From the NCBI GenBank assembly GCA_965644265.1, contig OZ286461.1, positions 58,404,001-58,468,000 of the forward strand: a stretch of 64,000 nt of DNA. The letters are read 5' to 3'. The notes under the pieces are model-generated. The model did no database searches. It saw only the letters and a list, made by a program, of their open reading frames with translations, and was not told the origin of the DNA. Below are positions 1-12,284 of this stretch, piece after piece. The position numbers were made by a program, and so were the translations under genes. Source of the stretch: Glycera tridactyla. Lineage: Eukaryota. Numbering within the stretch: the stretch's first letter is position 1; every line of letters starts with the position of its first letter.

Positions 1-67
1 AGCAGCAGCGTCGTCATCATTATCAGTGTCGGCGACAACGACGACGACAACAAGTATGGTGTCCTAT

Positions 68-604
68 AGCGAGAACGAATGGGTATTGATTAAAATGGCG
101 ATATACCACGAGGCGGGGCCGCCGTTTTACGGCACGAGGCCGTAGGCCGAGTGTCGTAAAACGGCAGCCCCACCGAGTGGTATATCGCCATTTTAATCAA
201 TACCCATTCGTTCTCGCTTTTATACCACAGATAATACAGTTTTTGAGGAAATGGCGCAACAAAGTCAATTCCAAAGGTCAGACTGGCTGAAATGGACGTC
301 GTATACTGCGCGTGAGCGTTAATGTTTACGTTTTCGAACAGTCGAGTGTAGCCGGAAGTTGCTCCGCCAGAAAAATAGTCCCAGTTTCAACTGGCGAATT
401 TGCTCGGAAAAAACGCACGTAAGTCGATTAATGTGTGGTTCACACATCAAACGTGTATTTATTGACTTCTTTGAGGTATCATTATATTCTCAGATGCTAT
501 TTCAATGAAATGCAAAAGCGTGGTGTATTTCCGGGAGCGTGGTGTATTTCGCACAATACACCACGGGCCTGTTCCTCACGCTCGTAGTCCTATCTGTGGT
601 ATAA
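68..604. mobile_element. Non-autonomous MITE-like element: 150-bp hairpin plus a segment bounded by short inverted repeats
   Basis: Arm 68-109 (agcgagaacgaatgggtattgattaaaatggcgatataccac) is the reverse complement of 177-218, with an inner stem around cgaggccgtaggccgag. A second inverted pair, ttataccacagata (220-233) / tatctgtggtataa (591-604), follows. No ORF. Confidence 0.7.
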
Positions 605-660
605 TGCCACCAGATGAAAGATCCACCATATGATACCATAGTCCGGCGGAACAGGGGCAT

Positions 661-3335
661 AACCCAAAATTCTCTGATATAGTTTTGTTCTCTGCTGGTT
701 ATTCATGTCTGGGACCCATATAGACATATTCAGGTGGGTGTGAACTTCTCACCCTTGGGCAATTTGAAATATAAGCAAATTCAAAATGGCTGCCAATTGA
801 ATGAACAAGATCCCACAGGGAAGGCAATATGGCCTCTTGGGTCTTCATTCCATTGATATAACCCTTATTTTCGATGTAGAGATATTCAGAAATGATAATT
901 GAGATGATTTTGAGTTACTTCAGTAAGCAAAGAAATTCAAAGTGGCCACCTCAAAAATAAAAATGGCCGCCAATTAGAATATTTCTTCAATAAAATCAGA
1001 ACAGGTGTACAACCCAAAATTCTCGGATATAGTTTGTTTCTATGCAGATGATTCATTTCTGGGACCCATATAGACATATCAAGGTGGGCCTGAAATTCTC
1101 ACTCTTAGCTATCGAGGTCCGGTGATAATCTCAGAATTGAAAATGACACACTTGATATTCAAATTGACTATTGAAGATTTGCATATGAAGGGCAATATGG
1201 CCTTTAATGTCTCAATTCGAATGACATAACCCTCATTTTCAATGATAGATTGTTCATAAATGATAATCCAGGTAAGTTTTGGTTGATTTGCTGAACTGGA
1301 AAATTCAGAATGCCTGCCTCAAAATTCAAAAAAGGTGCCCATTAGGAAATTGCTTGACGAAAATTGGAAATGAGAGCAGTTGCGCTCTCAACCTTGATAC
1401 CAGCATTTGAATTTCTCATTTGAAATTGTCTGCAATAACAATTCGATCAAATTTTAGCTTTTCGGGTCAGGTGATGATTTCAGAATTAAAAGTAAACACC
1501 TGCAAAATTCAATATGGCTGCTCATGTGAATTAGCTCCCAACATACCTTGATGGCTCAACTCTGTACAGTGCCATCTTTGAACATGAATGCATGCCTTTT
1601 TCATATCGAGCATCGAAATTTTCCTTTGAATGTAATATATTGGGGTACTTTTCGGTCACTTGAGCATCATGGAATTCGGAATGGTTACCTCAGAAACTCA
1701 AACCGGCCAATGCTCAAGACACCAATTTACCTTCGTGTCAGCTAATTCCAATGTGATTTGATCTGTTCCTGTAATTTATGTTATACATTTTTATTTTTGG
1801 TTCATTCATGTGAAAGCTGAATGATGGGGAAGAGTGCGGTATGGTGATGAGTGAAATGATGGTGAACAATGCGCATCTAAAAATGGTCATGTTTGAATTG
1901 ACACAATCATCAAGGCCAGCATGTGTCACAGTGATCACAACGAATTTCACAACGAATCACTGCTAGAACTGCTTATCTCAGTACATCTCATCATATAACA
2001 CTTCAAGCTATGCAAAATGTCCTGAAGTCCCCAAATCCGCAGCTAGGATGGAGGCAGTTCATGTAGAAGGCAAATGATTAGTGTAATCTGCGTGACTTCT
2101 TAGCAATGGATTTGAGAGCCTCAGGACATTTTGTAAAGCTTGAAGTGTTATATGATGAGATGTACCGAGATAGGCAGTTCTTGTGATGATTTATTGTGAG
2201 GTATGAATTCTCTACAAGCTGCTGGCTGAGCCCCACATGCAGATGATCACTGTGAAGTATGCTGGCCTTGATGATTGTGTCACTTCGAGCATGACCTCTG
2301 TATGAACCAATAAACAATTGGAACAGTCAAATGATATGGGATAAAATCATACTCATCAGCTGATTTGAATGTACACGAGTGTCATGGGCAGTGGCCAGTT
2401 GAATTTCTGTGGTTGCCTTTTCAAATTTCAAAATACTCAAGTAGCCACAAAGTACCTCAAAATATCATATAAAAAGTTTAGATACCCAATATGGAAAATG
2501 TATGCATTAGATTCGTAATTTGGCACTGTACAGAAATAAGTCATCAATATATGTAAGAAGCAATACACATGAGGAGTCAATTTGAATATCAAGTGTGTCA
2601 TTTTTAATTCTGAGATTATCACCGGACCCCGATAGCTAAGTCTTGTGTGAATGATCATTTGCAGGCCAATTAATTTGAGAGATTCAATGCTGGTATTGAA
2701 ATTGAAAATGCAGCTGCTCTTATGTCCAATATTGATCAAGATATTTCCTGATTGGCAGCCATTTTGAATTTTGAGGCAGCCATTTTGAATTTTGCACTTC
2801 ATCAGAATAACTCGAAGTGACATGAATTATGATTTATGAACAGCTTTTTATTAAATGTGAGGGTAATGTCATTCAAATGGAGTTCTCAGAGGCCATATTA
2901 CCCTTCATATGCAAATCTTGATCCTTCGGTTGGTAGTCATTTTGAATTTGCACATATTTCAAATTGCCCAAGAGTGAGAATTTCAGGCCCACCTTGATAT
3001 GTCTATATGGGTCCCAGACATGAATTATCTGCAGAGAAACAAACTATACCCAAGAATTTTGGGTGTACACCTGTTCTGATTTTGTTGAGAAAATTTCCTG
3101 ATTGGTGGCCATTTTTATTCTTGAGGTGGCCATTTTGAATTTCTTCGCTTACCAATGTAACTCAAAATCATCTCAATTGTCATCTCTGAATATCTCTACA
3201 TTAAAATCAAGTGTTATATCAATCAAATGGAGATGCAAGAGGCCATACTGCCTTTCATATGTAAATCTTAATCATTTAATTGGCGGCCATTTTGAATTTG
3301 CTCATATTTCAAAATGCCCAAGGGTGAGAAGAAAG
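661..3335. mobile_element. Foldback-type element: ~2.7-kb imperfect palindrome centred near 2070
   Basis: Matched by eye in inverted orientation: ~745-1106 with ~2962-3330; ~1107-1165 with ~2575-2640; ~1560-1620 with ~2460-2530; ~1965-2040 with ~2105-2180. The left arm also has an internal direct duplication (661-760 recurs at ~1011-1106). Repeated ttcaaaatggc(c)gcc motifs. Boundaries are approximate. Confidence 0.8.
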
Positions 3336-3398
3336 GGTGAGATTTCCAGGTCTCAAGATTTCACACATGGGGCGCTTGGTCGAGCAAGGCTTCAACGC

Positions 3399-3671
3399 TC
3401 AAAAGTAGGACGCTAATACCAGTTGGACGATGGCGACAGCGATGATTGACACGTGGAACGAAGGGACTGCATTCAAGTTGGGTGCAGAGCAAGGCACAGC
3501 AGCGATTGTCCAGTTCCTGTCGTTACAGTTGTTTCCATCACAGCAACCGTAATCGGTGTAACTGATGGACTGTTCCTCGTCATCGTCGGACCCTGACGCG
3601 TGGTAACCCATACCATTCGAGCATTCGGCGAAACACCCTCGCTCCCATATACCGTTCTGGTTCTGCCTCAC
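3399..3671 (-). CDS. LU/three-finger gene, terminal exon: second half of LU domain 2 plus GPI-anchor-type tail
   Basis: Acceptor ttttgcag|GTG (phase 0). Translation VRQNQNGIWERGCFAECSNG...YGCCDGNNCNDRNWTIAAVPCSAPNLNAVPSFHVSIIAVAIVQLVLASYF* has the LU hallmark CC-x4-CN and a hydrophobic C-terminus. Confidence 0.85.
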   Translation of the reverse strand: MRQNQNGIWERGCFAECSNGMGYHASGSDDDEEQSISYTDYGCCDGNNCNDRNWTIAAVPCSAPNLNAVPSFHVSIIAVAIVQLVLASYF

Positions 3672-4828
3672 CTGCAAAAATATTCAGTTGATGGGATTCA
3701 NNNNNNNNNNNNNNNNNNNNNNNNNNNNNNNNNNNNNNNNNNNNNNNNNNNNNNNNNNNNNNNNNNNNNNNNNNNNNNNNNNNNNNNNNNNNNNNNNNNN
3801 NNNNNNNNNNNNNNNNNNNNNNNNNNNNNNNNNNNNNNNNNNNNNNNNNNNNNNNNNNNNNNACAACTTTATTCGTGAAGCATAGATACAGTCATTTTAT
3901 ATGCTCAAAGGACTAGAACAACAGATAAATGTAATACACAGATATCAATGGATCAAATGGATAATGTAGGTGGTGGTATAGATATAAATTGACTCGACGT
4001 AACTGATGCAGGTGACGTGCGCGACTGTACAAGTGTGGTCATCTATTGGATGCTATTGATAAATTATTGCTAGACTGATTAAATGGCAGGTTGGTGTGAT
4101 ATGGTAAAAGAACCAGGTGTCTTATGACAACAGAGAGTGTACAATATTGAGGTTTATGACAAGCCCATAAATAGCTAACCTTCAAAACGATTTTACTCCT
4201 AAAGTAGAGAGGATACACACTTGAGGTTTGAGACAAGCAAATGAAAAGCTAACCGTCGAATAGATTTTACGTCAAAAATATAAATTAGCCATTCATCAGG
4301 TATAGACAAGCACATCATTGTGCTACTAACTGCCACTTCGAATGTCACCCATTAAAAACGTAAGCAAACAAGCAATTCACCCAATTCACATATTCTCTCA
4401 TTCACCCTGCATTCTTTGATAAATATAATTGCTTCACAGTATCACTACCTATTTACACATTCTAGCATTGCTACATGCCATTGATATGTAATAAAATTAT
4501 CCCAAGAGACATATTTTGTATAGTAACTTCATTCGCTTCTTAAATGCTGGAATATTATCCAAGGAGCGAATTTCATTTGGAATGATGATGATGCTGTGAA
4601 CAACATCAGAGGAGTCAATGGTATGAATACACCATCGGCGCTGTATTGTGGGATCAAGTAGTGTGAGAAAAACAAAAGCCAGTCCACTAAATTTTTATTG
4701 TGTGATATTCTGCACGAATATGTTGGCAGAATGAAGGGAACACTGGATAAGTCAATCATGAAATGACATGAAGATAATGGTGGTGTCTAACCCAAAATCG
4801 GACCAGGTTGATTTGTTTGTTTACTTAC

Positions 4829-4936
4829 GCCACAGCGTCCATCGAGGCGCAGACACAGACGGTTAGAGGTGGTCAGATTGCCGATGAACTCTATGCAACT
4901 GCCATTGAACACTTGCTCGTGACATGTGTCCAATCC
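4829..4936 (-). CDS. LU/three-finger gene exon: first half of LU domain 2
   Basis: atttcag|GGA...TGTGGC|gtaagt; 108 nt, phase 0-0; GLDTCHEQVFNGSCIEFIGNLTTSNRLCLRLDGRCG (4 Cys). Absent from the ORF track. Confidence 0.75.
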
Positions 4937-5439
4937 CTGAAATCGAGAATGAACGTCGAATTAAGGTGAATAGTCATCCTTAGGCATTCGCCTTTGGTAC
5001 ATCAGGGCCGCTGGTTTTGTTTTTGTTTTAAAACTATTATTTTTTATCGTCAAAACCACAATTACACATAAGGAGCTGATTCCACCTACAGGCGGCCCTA
5101 TGTTGAAAATTACGTTCACTCAATTTGACCTTAAGTCTGGTTGTTTTGAGAGAGGGTCTGTTGCGTGCCCTCGTTGCATGCTTGTGATCATGTCATGAGA
5201 CGTTAATTCTCATAATGGTTGGCCAGTGAAGAGGCCATTCAGTTTTTTGTTCACGTGTACCAACTCATGATTCGAGCGGCGTGTATCAAGTGGTATGAGC
5301 TCCAATTCCTTATGCAATTCACATAAAACTGTGGTGTTTGGGTTTCCTAGCTATCATACACATCGCAGTGTTCTGGAGTTTCTTTAAGTTTGAGCGAATC
5401 TCTGAGATGAACGATGGAAAACTACGTTGGCATAATCAA

Positions 5440-6140
5440 ACAGTGGTAGAACCAATGTCTTATACAACATCAGCAACGTAGATCTGCTGATAATAAGGTC
5501 GGAGTCTGTCCAAAACACCAAGCTCACTCATAGATTTAGCTTGTTCATATGATACATGATCCTTGAATATTAATCCCGGGTCCAATATTACGCCTAAATA
5601 CTTCATCTCAGTTACTGTTTCTTGGACGTGATCTCCCATACAAACATGAATGTCGCAGAACTTTTTCAATCTAGGCGGGAGACCATGCAACATAAATTTG
5701 GTCTTTGAGAAATTCAAAGACAACTTGTTGGCGTTCATCCAGCAATTTACAGATTCAAGGATTCGATTCAGCGTGTCATTTATGACTTTCGGATTGGAAC
5801 ACATTACACTGAAAGCAGTGTCGTTGAAAAAAAAGCTTTGTCGACGTATACAAGGTTGCTTAAGAATGCCCGTCAGCATGTGTGATTGGGACGATGATGG
5901 CGTTCCTCGGGAATACTGAGAGATCATTAATAAATAAACTGAATAACAGAGGTCCTAATATTGATCCTTAGGAATGCCGCACAATATAGGAGACTGGGAG
6001 GGTGTAACAGTGCTAATCCGCGTTCTACATTTTCTTCCTTGTAAATAGCTTGCTAACCACTCTGTAGCGGAGTTAGTAAGGCCAGAGCAAGATAATTTTG
6101 TATGAGGAGCGCATAGTCCACCATGTCGAAAGCCTTCTTC
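5440..6140 (-). mobile_element. Decayed CR1/L2-clade LINE, reverse transcriptase C-terminal fragment, inside an LU-gene intron
   Basis: Frame-shifted translation contains WLASYLQGRKCRTR, CGIPKGSILGPLLFSLFINDL, NCWMNANKLSLNFSKTKFM and KYLGVILDPGLIFKDHV, which are typical LINE RT motifs. Confidence 0.9.
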
Positions 6141-6323
6141 AGGTCCAGGAAGATAATCCCGGTGACTCCCCCCCCCCCCCAATACTGCTAGAAGGCTGCG
6201 CCTTGCCAAGATCAGACCTAACAGCAGCACTAGGAAGATCAGAACCTTCAGGCTCTGGCGGTGGCACTGGGCTGTGATCAGTCAAAACAGACAACAAACA
6301 AACGAAAAACAAAAAAATCCTAC

Positions 6324-6506
6324 CGCAACTTGCAGATTACCCTGGCGGTCGTTGCAGTAGTCCGACTGGCAGCAGTGAAGCACGCTGGTCATTATTGAGA
6401 ATCCATCAACGTCAGTGGTCGTCGTATTCTCGCCAATGATGCAGTCCTCTGCACATCCCAGACCATACCCGAGGAACTCTCCCGAGGTTGTGTACACTTC
6501 AAACGA
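6324..6506 (-). CDS. LU/three-finger gene exon: second half of LU domain 1
   Basis: attatttcag|TCG...GTTGCG|gtagga followed by a T-rich tract; 183 nt, phase 0-0; SFEVYTTSGEFLGYGLGCAEDCIIGENTTTTDVDGFSIMTSVLHCCQSDYCNDRQGNLQVA (CC-x4-CN). Confidence 0.85.
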
Positions 6507-7009
6507 CTGAAATAATAATTAGAGCAATCTTTTACAGCAACCCCGCAGGCTGTTCAGTTTTTCCAACAAAGAAAACGTTAGCCAAATCCGCTACCAATTA
6601 TCATCCGTCTTGAGTGCGACAAAAAGAATGGGGACCCGATTTCTTTTGCAAAATGTTACAAAACGTTGGTGGACTGTAAGCTGCGACTGAACAGCCTGCA
6701 GGTCGACCTAATTGTCGAGGTACCTACTGGTCAGGGCCATTAGACTGGGAGTCACGGAGCATTGTGATTGGTTGGTTGGTCGGTTTCAACCAATCACAGC
6801 GCCTTGTGTCTGCCAGAGATTCCGTGAGGTGCCTACTGGTCAGAGTAATATCTTGTAGCGACTACAGTAGAAATGACAATTCTTCTTTCATTGATAGATG
6901 ACTGATGCAATAAGTCACTCGAAATGTCATACAGATAGGCGTGGCATTCCATACTGGTGGATTTTCTTTCTGTTTTGAGACACTATATGGGTACTTTATG
7001 AGCCATAGT

Positions 7010-7135
7010 AATTATTTCTCAGTGAATCAGAGGATTAAATAGATGATTCTGCACTGGCTGTGATTGAAGCATGTGAGTTGTACAATGAAATGTTTAGACA
7101 AATACGATGATCAAAATGACTTATCAAGTTGTGGA
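7010..7135. repeat. Dispersed repeat; second copy at ~19660-19780
   Basis: tcagtgaatcagaggattaaatagatgattc...aatgacttatcaagttg recurs, diverged, in the same orientation at ~19660-19780. Confidence 0.6.
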
Positions 7136-7747
7136 ACAGCAATTGGAATTATATTCCACATTCATTTTACACATTTATATGGTGGTGATAGACAGGTAGT
7201 GGAAGTAATATCACTACAAGTGCCACGTTGTGTCATCACATTAAAATACACTGGTTAAAAAAATTCGAGAACCAAATGCTGTCATCCTCTATAGAGGTCA
7301 TCTGAGAGTGGAGGGCTGAAGGTTCACTTGTACATTCAATGTCATAATTCAAATATGTCAAGCTCAAAATACTGTATTTTCGGAGAATTTGCGACCCTGC
7401 CTTCTCTTATTGAGTACTGGTCGCCTCCATTTTGTCCACAATTTATTGCTATCTGAGCATTGTCATCGAACATCAGGTAATCAGGAATTTTGCCGAATAT
7501 GGTTATTCTTGGATATTGTTTGATGTGTCAAGCCGTTTTCTGCAGTCTGGGACTTGATGACCTCCATGCATATAGATGAACATTCTCAACTCTTCTTCAC
7601 CCCGCTCTGACAGCCACCCTTCTCCATCACACGAAATACGCGATGCCTATCCTAGTTTTTGGCATTATTCTAAAATCTAATAATGGATAAACACATTGGT
7701 ATGGTAGCAGTTTGCAGTGAATACCACTGGATCAACTCACTACTCAC

Positions 7748-7870
7748 CGCACAGAATCCGTTCTCTGGTGCTTCGCAGGTCTCGAGGGTTGACTCGTTCA
7801 TGTGTTGCAGACAATTGGCTAATGTTTCGTCACACAAATCAGGCGTCTCATAGCACATCAATGGTCCCAC
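7748..7870 (-). CDS. LU/three-finger gene exon: first half of LU domain 1
   Basis: ctgtag|GTG...TGTGCG|gtgagt; 123 nt, phase 0-0; VGPLMCYETPDLCDETLANCLQHMNESTLETCEAPENGFCA (5 Cys in LU N-terminal spacing). Joined model 7870->3399 is 228 aa; the signal-peptide exon was not identified. Confidence 0.85.
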
Positions 7871-10800
7871 CTACAGATCGAGGGCAGACTCATATAACCC
7901 CCCCTGATACATAGACTGATTATGATAAGAAAAACAATGATATTGACTGTGGAATTGATGAATTGCCGTTGCTATTTTCGCACTATGCCGACCGGTTTTC
8001 TCCTGGTCGAAGCTTCTGAGGCACGACTGGCTTCAATAGAACTCATAAGGATAATCGAATCTGGTTTCTGAGGTTAGGTACTCGCTATTGGTGTGAATAG
8101 ACCATTAGACCAATCAGCGCGATGTTGTTCTATCAAGAAGTGCATTAGAAATAACACTAAATTGCTTATTTGAGGACGTTTTCGTCAGAATATCTGCATA
8201 TCAAGTAGTGTGTGAAGTATGTTCGAATTCCATGTGGTATGAGGTATTATCAAAACGCCTGGCAGTTGTGAGGGTATCTCAGCTGTGATGTGGCCATGTT
8301 TACATCTGCATTCAGGTTTCATGCTACAAATCAGCATATAGCAACAAATTTAGCGAGGTGACCCCCTTTAAAATATGATTTTTTTTCATCGCGGGAGATG
8401 GTATAATAATGGAAAATAGTTGGTTAGGGCCAACGAATCTTCTGAATATGTGAAATGAATATGTGAAATGACTTAAAATATAATGTTGGTTTCTAACCTA
8501 TGCTGTCATTGCTAGCACTCTTTCCCAGTCCAACTGAACCATATCTGACGAAGGTGCATATCTGACGAAGGAACCAAGTTGTGTCATTGCATGTTATTCC
8601 CTAAATCTGCCGGCATCATCGGCCATTATCGGTGTGTACGAAATACGACAGATGTCGTGATCATGATGCACAAGTGCCGCTCCATCTGGCGAATGATGCA
8701 ATGCCACTGGTTGTCGCTCCCATTCAAACTGAACCAGTACTGATACACCACCGGACGAGGGCACCAAGTAAATGTGCTAAACCCATGAACTATACTTTGG
8801 AAAGTAGGGGGGTGATCGTGATGTAGTGGTAGCGTCATCTCACTTGACCGACTAGAAAAGGGCTGCTGTATATAGTCGTGAGGTGGGTGACCGCGGCAGA
8901 AGTGTAAGGCAAGCCGCCTGGGGCAAGTCGCCGACGTGCAGTGGACAGCTACATCAATGTCATGGACGACATGAATGTGCCCCCCCCCCCTCGCAGTGTT
9001 GAGCTCAAAACACTGAAACATGCATTAGCTACACACCACTAGGACCATGTGATTGTATGAGTATCTATCTCAGATGTGGAGCTAATGATCCCAGCTTAGC
9101 AGTGGCACTGATCTCAGTCCAGTACCACTGCCAGAGACAGAGCCTGAAGTTCCCAGTGCTGCTGTTAGCGATTTATGGGTGACAGGTCTAAAATTGATTT
9201 GGATTCGTATTGACGAATGATCAACTTATGAATGATTCGACAGTACTTGCCCTCAAGATGGCCTACTTTCAGCTCGTGTTCCTTTTTGAACTTCAATATT
9301 CGGGAAAGCGAATCTATTGTCGAGAGAGTGATCCTTCTAATATGCTCTCCCGATGGGAGAGTGGCTGAAACAAGTTTTTCGTGAAGACCGCTGAATGGCT
9401 AGAGTACTAACAGCACTGAACCCCTTGTCCTCTGTGTTATTTTCTTTACCGTTAACACATCCACGAAAGTGAAACAACACATCAGTGTTAACATAAGTAG
9501 GTACTCATCATTGTCCAACACTGGAGGCTGTTAGTCTTACCGATGACGACCAACATAAATGGTGGGCTGTATAATTCAGGAAATCAGCGTGGGACGCTGC
9601 CTCACTGGATGCTTGTTTTTCTGAAAGTCATGACAACCAAGGGTACTATTGCCACCATCATACCACTTGCACCTGCGGGAAATGACCCCTGCCCTTCTAG
9701 GCAGGTAATCCCAAAGGGATTGTTGTGACTGTTATAGCATAGGCATATTGTATCCGGAGTTGCACCAGTGTGTGCAGGTGAGTATGTGTGTTGACTACAA
9801 CTAATTGATTCAAAAGCGAGAGTGTTGTATGCAGATTCTCTCTCTCCCTCTCCCCCTCTCAGTATCACTTTCCCCATCCCCCTCAACTCCCTTCAACCCA
9901 CTCTCTCATTTCTCTATTTCTGTCACACCCCTTTCTATATTTCGACCTCTCTGACAATTATAGATAATCATTACATGTGTTATGTTGAAAGAAAATGATT
10001 TTCTGGTTAGATTGTATGGGCCAAATTGTGAGAAAAGGTGCGGTTCTGGGAAACAGAGCTGGGACAGAATCAATCTATTGACGGAACAGTCCTGGCACCA
10101 TTATGGCTGAGTCTTGGCTCTCTATCAATGAGCGGTTCTGGCAGACAATACTGGCCTGAAGTCGAGTCAATCTGCAAGACGGTACTGTTTAACCCACCAC
10201 ATGTACTACCCCAAGGAAATCCTTTTTCCGTCGGAGACGGTACAATTTCACTTTGGGATTCCCACTCAATCTAGACATGACGGGGTCATCCGCCATGAAT
10301 CGACGATGTTTTACACACATGTTCCGTGGGCTACCATTTGTAAATGATCACTATCAAATTATCAGAATTGAACTGAAACTGTTTGAAAAATGTGTGAGAA
10401 ACAGTAGTTTTCGCATGAAACATAGGTAATTTCGGATATCGTAGATTGATGACTGTGTGAGAACGATTGAAACGAAAAGTACATCATTAGAAGCGACACA
10501 TGGTGGTAAAGAGAGCGCCATTACTGGGGAAACCCTCCGTGATGTCATAACAATAAGCAAACATGGCACGCAGGGAAGAAGTTGCCATTCGATCCATAGT
10601 TCACTGTTTCAAGCGAGTATACAGCGGATTCACGCGATTTATACATGGATTATACACGACTGGAGCTAATGGAAATCATTTCATCATCAAATCGAGTCAC
10701 ATTCACCGGTATGTCGCTGAATTCTCACCGCTTGCGATTTACTGGTGAGTACCGGAATCGGGCCCATCGAGAGACCGCAAGGTGTAGCAGCCTGCCCTGG

Positions 10801-10973
10801 AACCACGGGCGCTCGGGATGGCGGCGGTAGCAGCCAGCCATGGAACTTACTCTCTCGAGGTTAGCAGAGGGGATGCAGCCAGTGAAGGGGGCGATGGGGA
10901 AGCACACATCGTCGAATAGTGGAGGGAAATCAAAATTAGCTATACTCACACTTACCAACACAGAGTATATATA

Positions 10974-11080
10974 CAGTCGAACCTACTTGAGAGACCATCT
11001 CTCTATAAAGACCACGTGCCTACAAGGTCCACCCTGGACTGCATCCCTGATGGGATGGTCTTCATAGACAGGTTCGACTG
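10974..11080. mobile_element. Tc1/mariner-type MITE (TA-flanked)
   Basis: ta|cagtcgaacct...aggttcgactg|ta: terminal inverted repeats with TA on both sides. Confidence 0.8.
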
Positions 11081-11225
11081 TATATATGTGTTACTAGGCC
11101 TACATACCTAGTTAAATCACCACCTTTCCACTGTAAATCGACGACCAGTCTTCTTTTTGAAGACATTTCTTGTTTTAGTGTTTATTTACTTTACCATGGA
11201 AATGTAAGCACTGTTTCACCACCTC

Positions 11226-11238
11226 ATTACTACTACTA

Positions 11239-11272
<34 letters not shown>

Positions 11273-11307
11273 AGCTGCTGCTGCTGCTGATGATGATGAT
11301 GATGATA
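11226..11307. repeat. Compound trinucleotide microsatellite (TAC)n(CTG)n(GAT)n
   Basis: Directly visible. Confidence 0.95.
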
Positions 11308-11869
11308 TCACTACTCGGCCCTGGTATCCACTCGTGCATGATAAATTGCTGAAATGACCACCGTTTTTCTGTGTAACTCTGAAGGCNNNNNNNNNNNNNN
11401 NNNNNNNNNNNNNNNNNNNNNNNNNNNNNNNNNNNNNNNNNNNNNNNNNNNNNNNNNNNNNNNNNNNNNNNNNNNNNNNNNNNNNNNNNNNNNNNNNNNN
11501 NNNNNNNNNNNNNNNNNNNNNNNNNNNNNNNNNNNNNNNNNNNNNNNNNNNNNNNNNNNNNNNNNNNNNNNNNNNNNNNNNNNNNNNNNNNNNNNNCAGA
11601 TAATGATTTTTACAAGTTCAATTCCTGAATTTAAAAATGAGGTTGGGATCGGACGTTTTACGAGGGGCGTTTGAAGAGCAATGATCATAAATTTGAGGAT
11701 TTATGGAAGCATAAATGGATCAATATTGATGATGCAGAACGAACCATAGTGACGGTATGATAACATAAATTGAAAGCCGTACAAAAATTATCCTTCATTG
11801 CCTAACGAATCCATTAGAATGGTATTAATCCACACTAACCCTACTAACTCAGATACAGACACTCGAACG

Positions 11870-12135
11870 CTCATAAACACACACACATACATCATACACA
11901 TACAAACACATACATAACATCCCCCATGCGCATTTTGCGTGCGCCCACATAAACAAACACGCACACACACACATGCACACACACGCACGCGCGCACACAC
12001 GCACATCAGACACTTACACACTTCACTCCACGCTGACAGGTACACAAGCGCACGCATACACGTACAGCCAGATTACCAATCACATAGACACATACGCATT
12101 TGCATCCACACATTCATACACTGGAACATGTGCGT
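11870..12135. repeat. Degenerate (CA)n-rich simple repeat
   Basis: Directly visible. Confidence 0.85.
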
Positions 12136-12284
12136 GTGACAGCGTAAACACTCGCCCAAAACACCTTTTTCATCCTGTTACTGTTGGAATCCAACAATGA
12201 CACTTTCCTGTTGGCAATCCGCGAGGGACCGACTGATTGGCGAAAGCTCAACAGTAAGCCTTGTACCATGAAATAGATCTATAG

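Noticed and set aside
6282-6323. Apparent hydrophobic GPI tail (VGFFCFSFVCCLF*) making the 6.4-kb exon a terminal exon
   Set aside because: The segment is a T-rich run right after a GCG|gtagga donor, and phase-0 splicing continues cleanly into the next LU exon. It remains possible as a minor read-through isoform.
9602-9886. Minus-strand ORF ending in a hydrophobic stretch (MMVAIVPLVVMTFRKTSIQ*)
   Set aside because: It starts in a CT/GA low-complexity tract, has no convincing acceptor or LU motif, and does not fit the neighbouring gene models.
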